A stretch of 64,000 bases of DNA from Candidatus Bathyarchaeota archaeon (GCA_005888635.1 VBAW01000018.1:11391-75390); one strand, 5' to 3'; shown: positions 20,044 to 29,040, counted from the stretch's first letter. Numbers and translations: made by a program. The notes: generated by a model not told the origin, from the letters alone.

Positions 20044-20460
20044 TTACTCGACGTTTGCCCGGTGGAATCCTTTTCTGATTTTTTCTGCAATTCTCTTCAT
20101 CTCCTCTGCTGGTATGTCTTTGACGTTCTGCGCGTTCACGAATTCTCCATGACCATCTCCTGAAAACCTCGGGACCACATGGACGTGCGCGTGTAGCACG
20201 CCCATTCCTCCAATATCAGCGACCACCCACTCCGTGTTCATCGACTTTTGGAGAGTCTTCGCGATCATCCGAACGGTCTCGAAATATCTTCCAACTTCCG
20301 GGACATCCCAGACCCAACGATGATGCTTCTTCGGGGAGACCAAGGTGTGCCCTGGGTTTAGCGGTCGAATGTCGAGAAAAGCGATAAAATTCTCGTCCTC
20401 AAAGATCAAGTAAGAGGGCAGTTCTTTTCGTACGATCTTACAGAATATACAGTCTTTCAC
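20044..20460 (-). CDS. HIT-family nucleotide hydrolase
   Basis: CIFCKI, FLDIRP..PGHTLV, HAHVHVVPR. Confidence 0.93.
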   Translation of the reverse strand: MKDCIFCKIVRKELPSYLIFEDENFIAFLDIRPLNPGHTLVSPKKHHRWVWDVPEVGRYFETVRMIAKTLQKSMNTEWVVADIGGMGVLHAHVHVVPRFSGDGHGEFVNAQNVKDIPAEEMKRIAEKIRKGFHRANVE

Positions 20461-20466
20461 TCTGTC

Positions 20467-21756
20467 TCACGTTTTGATGGGTTCTAATTGTCTACGACGT
20501 ATCTGATCGCTTCCGATATCAGTTCGGTAGTGCATTCCTGGAAAGTCGACCGATTTGCCGATGACCGAATAGACGTCGTTTCGAGCTGATTCGACGCTGG
20601 GTCCTGTCGCCGTCACGCTAAGGACCCGTCCGCCCGCGGTTACGAGTTCCCCGTTTGAGTTTCTGGCGGTTCCTGCGTGAAATACCACAATGTTACTACT
20701 GCCTGAAGGTCGAAGCGTAACTGGGTCTCCCGTTGAGGGATTTTCTGGATATCCCCTGGATGCGAGGACAACTACTACGGACGCGGACTTGGAAGATTCT
20801 GGTATCGGCGCTCTGTCCGAGTTGGCTGCAACTGCGCTAAGGTGTGCGAATAGTCCGCCCTTTACTAGTGGCATTATTCCCTGAGCTTCAGGATCTCCGA
20901 AGCGCGCGTTGAACTCTAACACGTAGGGGTCTTCAGTCCCGTGCTTTACGATGACATTCAGGTATAGAACTCCCCGGAACGGAGCACCTTCTTTCGCCAG
21001 GGCTGTTGCTGCGGGGTCCAGGATCTTCTTTCTGACCTTCTCGAAGAGCGATTGGGTCACTGAGGGAACTGGAGTATAGACGCCCATTCCTCCTGTGTTT
21101 GGTCCAGAGTCGCCGTCGTAGGCTGGCTTGTAGTCTTGAAAGACGGGCGCTAGCCATTGGACCCGATCTGCCGAAACGGTTGCGGTGAAGCTTGCCTCCC
21201 ATCCATCGATGAATTCCTCCATCACGATTCGCCTAGGCTCTCGTAATAGTTCCCGTTGAATCGCAGCTTCAGCCTCGCGCCTGTCTCTCGTGACGGTCGT
21301 TCCTTTGCCCGCCGCGAGCCCATCTGCTTTGATCACCCATGGAGGGCCGAGCTCGTCGAGAGCTCTGTTCGCTTTAGTCCTGTCAGTAAAAGTCTCCCAG
21401 CGCGGAGTCGGTAGAGCGTATCTAGTGCAGAGGTCTTTCGCGAAGCTCTTTGAGGTTTCAATACGAGCTGATTGCTTGTCGGGTCCGAAAATAGGGAGAT
21501 TCTGTTTTTTGAACGTGTCGACTATTCCTTCGCTCAGTGGAGCCTCGGGTCCGACCACAGTCAGGTCGATTCCGTTTTTCGATGCAAATGATGCGAGCTC
21601 GTTAGAATTGTTCGAGGCAATAGGAATGCAGGTCCCGATTTCGGCAATGCCTGGATTGCCTGGGGCCGCGTAAACCTCCTCGACGTTCCGATCCTTCGAG
21701 AGTGCCCAAGTAAGAGCGTGCTCCCGGCCGCCGCCTCCGACGATGAGAATCTTCAT
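20467..21756 (-). CDS. purD: GAR synthetase
   Basis: GGGGREHAL, VGPEAPL, KADGLAAGKG, GPNTGGMG, EFNARFGDPE, GGRVL, YRTDIG. Confidence 0.97.
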   Translation of the reverse strand: MKILIVGGGGREHALTWALSKDRNVEEVYAAPGNPGIAEIGTCIPIASNNSNELASFASKNGIDLTVVGPEAPLSEGIVDTFKKQNLPIFGPDKQSARIETSKSFAKDLCTRYALPTPRWETFTDRTKANRALDELGPPWVIKADGLAAGKGTTVTRDRREAEAAIQRELLREPRRIVMEEFIDGWEASFTATVSADRVQWLAPVFQDYKPAYDGDSGPNTGGMGVYTPVPSVTQSLFEKVRKKILDPAATALAKEGAPFRGVLYLNVIVKHGTEDPYVLEFNARFGDPEAQGIMPLVKGGLFAHLSAVAANSDRAPIPESSKSASVVVVLASRGYPENPSTGDPVTLRPSGSSNIVVFHAGTARNSNGELVTAGGRVLSVTATGPSVESARNDVYSVIGKSVDFPGMHYRTDIGSDQIRRRQLEPIKT

Positions 21757-21779
21757 TCGGCTACAAGTCGGATCGAGTG

Positions 21780-23321
21780 TCAGGCCTTCATTTCTTCTCG
21801 GGTCCGAAGCACGGGATTCTTCTTCAATCCAAGATACTCACCTGTCACACAGGCGAAGCACATTTCGCCCTGCTTGAGCCCAATTCCCTTGCTCAGTCCT
21901 TCGATATCATTGTAGCCGAGACCATCGACGCCGATCTCATTACCTACCTTCGTGTTCAATTCTGGAATCGACAATACGTCGCCATCAACCTTGGTCGCCA
22001 GCAGTTCCCCGTGCGTTGGAAAGTCGATGCCCATGTAACATGGGTGGCGGATAGGTGGATAAGTCACGACCATGTAGACCTTCTTGGCACCCGCGTCGCG
22101 CAGCGCCCGTACGATGTTCTTGCTGCTTGTCCCCCGTACTATGCTGTCATCGACCACGATGACGTTCTTCCCATCGACTACGGGTTTGATGGTTATGATC
22201 TCCCTGACGATCTCTTCCCGACTCTCATCGGTAGGCTCGATGAAGCTCCTGAGACTTCCCTTCCTCCGATAACGGTCTTTCATCAAACCCTCTTCCATAG
22301 GAATCCCACTCTCTTCAGAATATCCAAGAGCTGCAGGTCGAGCGGAATCAGGGACCGGTATCACCACGTCTGCTTTGAACGGATACTTCCGAGCAAGGAC
22401 CCTCCCTAGTTGTCGTCGTGCCTCGTAGACGTATTGGTCCTCGATCTTGCTACTCGGATGCGCGAAGTAAGTGTATTCAAACGCGCAGTGATGGTGTGGA
22501 GCTTCTGCAAACTTTGTGACGGTTACACTGTCTTTGTTGAGACGGACCAGTTCTCCCGGCTGAACGTCTCGGACAAGCTCGGCGTGCAGAGCAGTTAGCG
22601 CACAGCTCTCGGAGGCTACAATGTTAGTCTTGGTTTCTTCGTCCCAACCTAGGCATAGTGGTCGAAAGCCTGATTCGTCCCTGGCGGCGAGCACCTCGCC
22701 CTCGTGTGTGACAATGACGAAGCTGTAGGACCCGCTGATTTCCTTCGCGAGTCGGGTGAAGGCTCGTGTCCAATCATGTTCTCGACGATAGTGCTGGAGT
22801 AGTCGGTACCCTGCCAGTTTCGTGTCCGAGTTTGAGTCTATAATCGGGAATTCGCCTTTGACCAGAGGCTCCAGGTCTTCCGTGTTGGCAATGGTCCCGT
22901 TCTGGGCAATGGCAAACTCTCCATGAATATCCAATGGGTGAGCATTCTCTAGATTCGTTCGTCCCCTAGTAGAATAACGAATATGTCCGATACCTCGGTT
23001 ACTCTCCAAACGGAGGATTTTTCGGGCGTTGGCTGCGGCTCCCACACCGATTAGCCCCAAGCCTTTGATGATAGGCTCGTTGGGCATGGCTAGGCCCCAG
23101 GATTCCTGGCCTCTGTGCTGAAGCGCAGCTAGTCCTTTGACGATACGCTCGGAGACGGGTTCATTCTTTAACGAATAGATTCCAATGACTCCGCAATGTT
23201 CCCCTACTGAGCGGCTTCCACCTTCAACGTGGATTTGTGGAGTCTGGATTCGCTCCGGGCGAGCGAGGACACGATCTTTCGCTCGGACAATGGGATCGGT
23301 ATTGAAGCCCCTCAGGTTCAA
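21780..23321 (-). CDS. purF: Amidophosphoribosyltransferase
   Basis: EHCGVIG Ntn Cys, LQHRGQES, HIRYST, CAFEYTYF, VDDSIVRGT, CYMGID, CFAC; alternative start GTA at 23207. Confidence 0.97.
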   Translation of the reverse strand: MNLRGFNTDPIVRAKDRVLARPERIQTPQIHVEGGSRSVGEHCGVIGIYSLKNEPVSERIVKGLAALQHRGQESWGLAMPNEPIIKGLGLIGVGAAANARKILRLESNRGIGHIRYSTRGRTNLENAHPLDIHGEFAIAQNGTIANTEDLEPLVKGEFPIIDSNSDTKLAGYRLLQHYRREHDWTRAFTRLAKEISGSYSFVIVTHEGEVLAARDESGFRPLCLGWDEETKTNIVASESCALTALHAELVRDVQPGELVRLNKDSVTVTKFAEAPHHHCAFEYTYFAHPSSKIEDQYVYEARRQLGRVLARKYPFKADVVIPVPDSARPAALGYSEESGIPMEEGLMKDRYRRKGSLRSFIEPTDESREEIVREIITIKPVVDGKNVIVVDDSIVRGTSSKNIVRALRDAGAKKVYMVVTYPPIRHPCYMGIDFPTHGELLATKVDGDVLSIPELNTKVGNEIGVDGLGYNDIEGLSKGIGLKQGEMCFACVTGEYLGLKKNPVLRTREEMKA

Positions 23322-23354
23322 TTACAATCCTGTATCAATTTCGGGCCGTGTATA
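23321..23354 (-). promoter_or_regulatory. TATA-like box plus putative purine operator upstream of purF
   Basis: Minus strand TATACA-CGGCCC-GAAATTGATACAGGATTGTAAT; 18/22 identical to the element upstream of purS. Confidence 0.7.
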
Positions 23355-23375
23355 GGTCTTTCTTGACACGATCGT

Positions 23376-25601
23376 CTAAGTCGATGATACTGCAGCGTCC
23401 ATCGTCTTGGACAGAGTCTTGGACCAGGCGTCGACCGCAACTGACAATGGGATTGTGATGATAGGGTCTTCATGGGACTCTAGTTGGATCTTGCCGCCTT
23501 GAACTCTACCTATCTTCGCGGTCCTAATCCTCGCAGCTCTGAGTCTGCGCATTATGCGGGGCGTGTTTTTCGGCCGTGACTCCAAGACGAATCTGGGCTT
23601 CGATTCTGAAAACAGTAACTGAGCGATGTTAGTCGTCTTGGTTGGGACCTTGTCTAGATTTACCGTGAACCCTTTCTGGCCTTGGATGGCCATTTCAGCC
23701 AGACTTACAGCCAGTCCCCCTTTGGATATGTCGTGAGCGGCTTCGACCACTCCGCTTTCGATAACCTTCGTGACGGTTCGGAGGAGTTGTCTCTCTGTTC
23801 TCAGATTGACCTTCGGGACCCGTCCACCTACTAGTCCCTGAACGCTCTCATAGTATTCGCTTCCGCCGAGTTCTGGCAAGGTTGTTCCAACGATTAGCAG
23901 GTCATCTTCTTCCTTGGCGAGAGCCGAGCCAATCTTCGGTGCTCTGGCATTCCGGAGTCCGACGGCAGCAATTACAGGTGAAGGCTTGATGGCAGTTCTT
24001 GTCTGAGTGTCTTCGTTGTAGAAACTGACTTTTCCTCCAACACACGGGACCCTTGTTGCCTTGAGATAGTCTCGGATAGCCCGTATTGCTTCTTTGAAGG
24101 TCCAGAAGACCTCGGGGTTGCCGGGGTTTCCGTATTGAAGGTGGTCGACAACGGCGATTGGCTCGGCCCCTGTAGCGACGAGGTTGGAGAAAGCCTCGCT
24201 GAGAATTCCAACCGTTCCCCAGTATGGGTCCAGGTACACCTGTTTGCTGTTGCCATCGGTGGTAATTGCCAGTGTTCGGCTGTTAGGAAGTCTAATGACG
24301 GCGCTATCTGCTTGTCCCGGTCTGATGATTGTTCGTAGTCCTACTTCGAAATCGTACTGGCGGTATATCCATGCTCGACTGCAAATGTTCGGGCTGCCAA
24401 GGAGCGCCAACAGAGTCGCGTTGAGGTCCTCCGGAATCTGAGGTTCAGGAGCGTCGGATAATTCGTCAATGTACGGGGGCTTTCTGCCGGACCGCGGAGA
24501 CAAAGGTGCTTCTGCGACAAACTTGGCAGGAGCCTCAGCGGCCAAGTGGTTTTGATGCATGATGCGGAGTATTCCGTCATTGGTGAGATGGCCTATGCGT
24601 GAGTAGCCTAGTTCCCATTTGTCCAGGATCCGAGTGAGCTTCTCTTCATTCTTCGACTTGACAATAACTATCATGCGTTCCTGGGACTCACTGATCATGA
24701 TCTCGGCAGGGCGCATGCCCGGCTCCCGGATCCGAACATTGTCAAGGTTGATCTCCATGCCCATCCCAGCCTTCGAGGCCATCTCCGAGAGTCCACAAGC
24801 CAAGCCTCCACCGCCCAGGTCTTTCATTCCCTGAACAATACCCGCATCGACGGCTTCTAGGACCGCTTCGATGATTAGTTTCTTGGTGAACGGGTCCGGG
24901 ACTTGGACAGCCGATCTCTCGCTATCCGATCTTTCTGTTAGAGTTCTGCTTGCGAAACTGGCACCTTGAATCCCGTCGCCTCCGGTGCTTCCTCCTATGA
25001 CATACACTAGGTACCCTGGACGGATGGATCCGCCAGGAACGAGCTTGTCCCTTAGGCCGAGGCCGAGACATACAACATCCACGAGACAGTTTCGTTCGAA
25101 GGAGGTGTCAAACTCTACTTCGCCTCCTACCGTCGGTACTCCTATGCAGTTCCCGTACGAGCCTATTCCGCGGATCACGTTATCGAAGAGCCAGCGACTA
25201 TGGCTGCTGCCCAGAGCTCCAAATCGGAGGGGGTCGAGAAGCGCAATCGGACGAGTCCCTAGTGAGAGGATGTCCCGGACGACGCCTCCGACACCTGTGG
25301 CCGCGCCACCGCAGGGATCGATGGCGCTCGGATGATTGTGGGACTCAATGTGAAGCGTAACGACCCAGCCATTTCCAACATCAATGACCCCAGCGTCAGA
25401 CCCTGGTCCAACTATTACTCGAGGACCCTTGCTAGGCAGAAGCCTAAGCAGCGGCTTGCTCGACTTGTAGCTGCAATGCTCACTCCACTGCGCCTCGAGC
25501 ATCGCCCATTCGACCTCGTTGGGCTCGCGGCCGAGTTTCTTGATTGCGTACCGGATCTCTTCATCTGTCAGATTCGGTTTCTGAACTTGTACCGTTGTCA
25601 T
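23376..25601 (-). CDS. purL: FGAM synthetase, synthetase subunit
   Basis: WSEHCSYKSS, ESHNHPS, DLGGGG, SESQERM, GGKVSFYN, HDISKGG. Confidence 0.97.
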   Translation of the reverse strand: MTTVQVQKPNLTDEEIRYAIKKLGREPNEVEWAMLEAQWSEHCSYKSSKPLLRLLPSKGPRVIVGPGSDAGVIDVGNGWVVTLHIESHNHPSAIDPCGGAATGVGGVVRDILSLGTRPIALLDPLRFGALGSSHSRWLFDNVIRGIGSYGNCIGVPTVGGEVEFDTSFERNCLVDVVCLGLGLRDKLVPGGSIRPGYLVYVIGGSTGGDGIQGASFASRTLTERSDSERSAVQVPDPFTKKLIIEAVLEAVDAGIVQGMKDLGGGGLACGLSEMASKAGMGMEINLDNVRIREPGMRPAEIMISESQERMIVIVKSKNEEKLTRILDKWELGYSRIGHLTNDGILRIMHQNHLAAEAPAKFVAEAPLSPRSGRKPPYIDELSDAPEPQIPEDLNATLLALLGSPNICSRAWIYRQYDFEVGLRTIIRPGQADSAVIRLPNSRTLAITTDGNSKQVYLDPYWGTVGILSEAFSNLVATGAEPIAVVDHLQYGNPGNPEVFWTFKEAIRAIRDYLKATRVPCVGGKVSFYNEDTQTRTAIKPSPVIAAVGLRNARAPKIGSALAKEEDDLLIVGTTLPELGGSEYYESVQGLVGGRVPKVNLRTERQLLRTVTKVIESGVVEAAHDISKGGLAVSLAEMAIQGQKGFTVNLDKVPTKTTNIAQLLFSESKPRFVLESRPKNTPRIMRRLRAARIRTAKIGRVQGGKIQLESHEDPIITIPLSVAVDAWSKTLSKTMDAAVSST

Positions 25602-25804
25602 TGGTCCTGTTCTCTTGCCTTGTGCATAAGGAGAACGGTTCGTGAGCCTACTATCGCTCCTGCGATGAACCCGATTATCAGCCCCAAGACGCTGTTTATG
25701 GCATAGTAGCTGACGAGCCCCGCAGCAAGTCCAGCAATCAGACCAGCGAGGATCGCGCGCGGAGTAGGACTTGGCCTTCGATTATCACCTGTCGAGCTAC
25801 TCAG
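25598..25804 (-). CDS. Small Gly-rich two-TM protein, probable CTG start
   Basis: AILAGLIAGLAAGLV / GLIIGFIAGAIVG; CTGA overlap with the upstream stop and ATGA overlap with purL. Confidence 0.65.
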   Translation of the reverse strand: MSSSTGDNRRPSPTPRAILAGLIAGLAAGLVSYYAINSVLGLIIGFIAGAIVGSRTVLLMHKAREQDQ

Positions 25805-25992
25805 GTAACGGCCTCCTTCTTTGCGATTAGAGCTACGCCAAGTGCTATCATGACGGCGCCATACGCTCCGCCGAAGATTCCTAGGCCAAAGTAGTAGCTG
25901 GTGCTTGATAATCCCACCAAAGATACACATCCCATTATTATTGCGAAGACGCCGAGCGCGATTCTACGCTTGGAACGGGCAGATTCGCTCAT
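25801..25992 (-). CDS. Small Gly-rich two-TM protein
   Basis: 63 aa, two hydrophobic segments, ATGA overlap with the upstream ORF. Confidence 0.65.
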   Translation of the reverse strand: MSESARSKRRIALGVFAIIMGCVSLVGLSSTSYYFGLGIFGGAYGAVMIALGVALIAKKEAVT

Positions 25993-26243
25993 CTTGGAGG
26001 ACGGCTCCTCTGAGATGTGTAAAAGTACAGACCTGCGGTTATCAACGCTCCTCCGGCGAAACCGAGAAAGAAACCCTGCAGAGTGAAGTTTGGACCAGCC
26101 AGAAGACCAACGACTAATCCAGCAAGCAGTCCTACAACGATGATCCCAAACACGGATGGGGGAGGAGCACCGGCATATGATCCAGTTGAGGGGGCTGTGT
26201 TTTCCGCTGACGAAACGTTGAGCTGTGAACTGTGAAAGTTCAT
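25989..26243 (-). CDS. Small Gly-rich two-TM protein
   Basis: GLLAGLVVGLLAG / GFFLGFAGGAL; ATG 1 nt after the purQ stop. Confidence 0.65.
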   Translation of the reverse strand: MNFHSSQLNVSSAENTAPSTGSYAGAPPPSVFGIIVVGLLAGLVVGLLAGPNFTLQGFFLGFAGGALITAGLYFYTSQRSRPPR

Positions 26244-26244
26244 C

Positions 26245-26958
26245 CTAAGCTTCAGGCCCGTGCAACGTTCTCATCATAGAGTCGAAGATGACTCTGCCAT
26301 CAGTCTGATTGTCAAGTGACAATACTGGTATTGAGGCTCTTTCGGGATGCGGCATCAGGCCCATTACATTGCCCTTCTGATTACATACGCCGGCGATGTT
26401 GTCGATTGATCCGTTAGGATTACCCGCTTCTGTAGCTTCTTTCTTTTCATTCACGTATCTGAATACGATCTGCTGGTTTCTCTCCAGTTCTGGAATTTGT
26501 TCTTTATCGAGATAATAACGTCCCTCATTGTGCGCGATTGGAATTTCCAATACCTGTCCTGCATTGGCCCTTTTCGTGAAGGGCGTGCGTGTGGTTTCGA
26601 CTCTCAATCTAGTCCATGTGCAAACGAAGCGGAGTGAGCTATTACGCAACACCGCTCCTGGTAGGAGTCCAGCCTCTACCAATATTTGGAATCCATTACA
26701 TATTCCCAGAACTGGCTTGCCACCTTCAGCCGCCTCCTTGACTATTCTGAGGCTGGGACTGGTGGCTGCGATCGCGCCTGCTCGGAGATAGTCGCCGTAG
26801 CTGAACCCGCCGGGAAGGACGTACGCATCATAATCTTCATGCGCCAGATCCTTGTGCCAGACAAGATCTGTCTTTGCCTTGACTACGTCCCGGAGGATTT
26901 CTAGGGCGTCTAGGTCGCAGTTGCTTCCCGGGTATTGGATTACTGCGACCTTTCCCAT
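26245..26958 (-). CDS. purQ: FGAM synthetase glutaminase subunit
   Basis: PGSNCD, PGGFSYGDYLR, GICNGFQ, IAHNEG, NPNGS, MPHPER. Confidence 0.97.
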   Translation of the reverse strand: MGKVAVIQYPGSNCDLDALEILRDVVKAKTDLVWHKDLAHEDYDAYVLPGGFSYGDYLRAGAIAATSPSLRIVKEAAEGGKPVLGICNGFQILVEAGLLPGAVLRNSSLRFVCTWTRLRVETTRTPFTKRANAGQVLEIPIAHNEGRYYLDKEQIPELERNQQIVFRYVNEKKEATEAGNPNGSIDNIAGVCNQKGNVMGLMPHPERASIPVLSLDNQTDGRVIFDSMMRTLHGPEA

Positions 26959-26965
26959 TACTTGG

Positions 26966-27229
26966 TTATCCTACTATTCTGACTTGGATTGTGTGAGCTG
27001 CAGGGTTGTAGATTCGCAGGTCATCGGAAAGCTTGCGGACTATCGCGCGAGCGTCTTCGGGACTGTTGGCTTCGACGTTCATGCGTAGGAGTTTGCCTGC
27101 GCGGACGCCGGTTACTTGTTTGTAGCCGCCTTTCAAGATGAGATTCTGATGTATCGTCTCCCCTTCAGGGTCTCGGGCTAGCGGCTTATTCTCGACGATG
27201 ACTTCGACCACATAGCTGCCGGGAGTCAT
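26966..27229 (-). CDS. purS: FGAM synthetase PurS subunit
   Basis: DPEG, VRAGK, YNP; directly upstream of purQ. Confidence 0.93.
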   Translation of the reverse strand: MTPGSYVVEVIVENKPLARDPEGETIHQNLILKGGYKQVTGVRAGKLLRMNVEANSPEDARAIVRKLSDDLRIYNPAAHTIQVRIVG

Positions 27230-27261
27230 TACAAGTTTGTATTAATTTCCGCGGCTATTTA
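27228..27261 (-). promoter_or_regulatory. TATA-like box plus putative purine operator upstream of purS
   Basis: Minus strand TAAATA-GCCGCG-GAAATTAATACAAACTTGTAAT running into the ATG; contains the inverted repeat TACAA-AC-TTGTA. Confidence 0.7.
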
Positions 27262-28188
27262 CCCCTTCTTTAGCACGTTCATGCTAGGGACCGCCGTCGG
27301 CTGTCCTTCTTTCCTGAAGATCAGGCAATACTGGTGATGTCTATTCCCCACCCATGCGTTGAAAACTCCCAGCGGGAGGAGAGTCTTGTCATCCTGACAC
27401 CACACCTTCTCATCTTTCGGAGTCCAAGCAAAGGGTTCCTTAGAGAGCGTTGAGACTGTGTCAAATGCCAGGGGGTACATTTTTCCCTCAGTGAAGACAT
27501 TGTTCGTTATGATCGTCAGGTAGCCTTTCGGTTTCATCACCTTGTAGACTTCATCGAAGGCGCGTTTCAGCGCATGCTGGAAATCCTGATAATCCCCGAT
27601 GTTACCGATCTCATCAGGATTATCACTATAAGTCGTATCTAGTCCTTTTTCCGCGCGACCCTTTTGGCGCATATGACTCCTTCTCAGTTGGTTCCAGTAA
27701 GGAGGCGAGGTGATGCAATAATCGGCCGGAGGGAAAGCGTTCTCCTTCCAAATCTTCGATAGTTTTGCCGAATCAGCAGTAATGATCTTGGCCCAGGACG
27801 ATTTACTTTTTGTCGCTTCCTTACTTGCCCTTCTCTGAGCTAGCACATCTCGGACTCGCTCCTTCGAAATGCCGGCATATTTCTTGACAATCTCAAATCC
27901 TATTCCTGAGCGCCCCGTTTCCAGTGCTGCCACCAAGGTGCTCCCAGTTCCAACAAAAGGGTCGACGACTATCTCGCCCTTCTTTGTGAAGAAAGAAACA
28001 AATTCCCTCACTAGGGATTCCGGAAAAGAAGCAGGATGTCGAATCTTCCGGTCTTCCCTAGGGTCAGGCCTATGGACGAACCACGACTTTGTGAACTTGA
28101 TCCAGTCCCTTCCAGAAAGGTCGTTCAGCTTGTTGCTGCGAGTCACCTTTGCTGAGGCTTGGCGATGAACAGTTTCAGTCTCCATCAT
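27259..28188 (-). CDS. N4-cytosine/N6-adenine-type methyltransferase (orphan)
   Basis: HPASFP, DPFVGTGST (motif I) preceding ITSPPYW (motif IV), MKPKG. Confidence 0.88.
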   Translation of the reverse strand: MMETETVHRQASAKVTRSNKLNDLSGRDWIKFTKSWFVHRPDPREDRKIRHPASFPESLVREFVSFFTKKGEIVVDPFVGTGSTLVAALETGRSGIGFEIVKKYAGISKERVRDVLAQRRASKEATKSKSSWAKIITADSAKLSKIWKENAFPPADYCITSPPYWNQLRRSHMRQKGRAEKGLDTTYSDNPDEIGNIGDYQDFQHALKRAFDEVYKVMKPKGYLTIITNNVFTEGKMYPLAFDTVSTLSKEPFAWTPKDEKVWCQDDKTLLPLGVFNAWVGNRHHQYCLIFRKEGQPTAVPSMNVLKKG

Positions 28189-28278
28189 TAGTTCCCTTGC
28201 ATAGAATAGGTCAGGGTAAGGAAGAACCGTACTTTATGAAAGCACGCTAAACACACATCTGGCAGGAAGAGTTGACCC

Positions 28279-29040
28279 GTGTTGGTCCCTAAACTACGAG
28301 AGTTTACTCACGAAGGTCGGTTGGGGATCGCGCACCAAATTTCGGACCGCATTGTTGAAAAATATGGGAGCGATATTTTAGCAGTTTATGTCTGTGGCTC
28401 AACATCAAAGAAACTTGACCGTCCCTTTTCCGACTTGGAACTGATCGTTGTGGTTCGTGATCAATCGGAGATTCCGATGAAATACTATCTTCACCAAGGA
28501 CTCATCATACAGATTGAATATCTCAAATCTTCGAGCATGCTAGCTGCCGCAGAGCAGCTTACAGACAACTGGCCTTGGGAGGCTGACCAGTACAGGAACA
28601 GAATTGCTCTTTACGAGCGGGATGGGTGGTTTAGAAGGCTCGATGAGGCGGTCGGTAAGAATGACAAAGCGGGTTCTGTTGAAGCGATTCGAAAGTCGTT
28701 CATGATGATGACTGAGTCTATGGCTGTTATGAAGAATGCGATGCTGACAAACGACAGGGTCGAAATATTGTCGAGAGGACGCGTGCTTGCGGAGGATGCT
28801 GCGAGAATAGTCCTTCTCTTGAATCGAAGGTATGTAACGACGACCAGCTGGCTCTGGAAGATCGTCTTCGATTTACGAACTAAACCTAAGGATTTCAAGG
28901 AGCTTGTCGAGAAGATGTCAGGGTTCGTCCCGACTACTCGGGAAGAAGTTGTCGCTTCCTCTGAGAGACTGTACAAAGAGATGAGTGAGCTTGTCACTCA
29001 GGCTGGTGTCAAAATAGAATGCGATGATTTGTGGGTTTGA
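28279..29040 (+). CDS. Kanamycin nucleotidyltransferase (ANT(4'))-like protein
   Basis: KYGSDILAVYVCGSTSKKLDRPFSDLELIVV; W-x4-QY segment; LLNRRYVTTTS; length about 253 aa as in KNTase. Confidence 0.8.
   Translation: MLVPKLREFTHEGRLGIAHQISDRIVEKYGSDILAVYVCGSTSKKLDRPFSDLELIVVVRDQSEIPMKYYLHQGLIIQIEYLKSSSMLAAAEQLTDNWPWEADQYRNRIALYERDGWFRRLDEAVGKNDKAGSVEAIRKSFMMMTESMAVMKNAMLTNDRVEILSRGRVLAEDAARIVLLLNRRYVTTTSWLWKIVFDLRTKPKDFKELVEKMSGFVPTTREEVVASSERLYKEMSELVTQAGVKIECDDLWV

Noticed and set aside
21777-22409. Long antisense ORFs (e.g. 21777-22409, 12604-13116, 16138-16611, 42472-43008, 48067-48591)
   Set aside because: Shadows of well-supported genes on the opposite strand, with no motifs
23260-23321. 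Direct match to a ykkC/PRPP riboswitch
   Set aside because: Only short segments (ACCTGAGGG, GTCCGAGCG) echo the consensus and the closing stem does not pair; kept only as an unclassified leader
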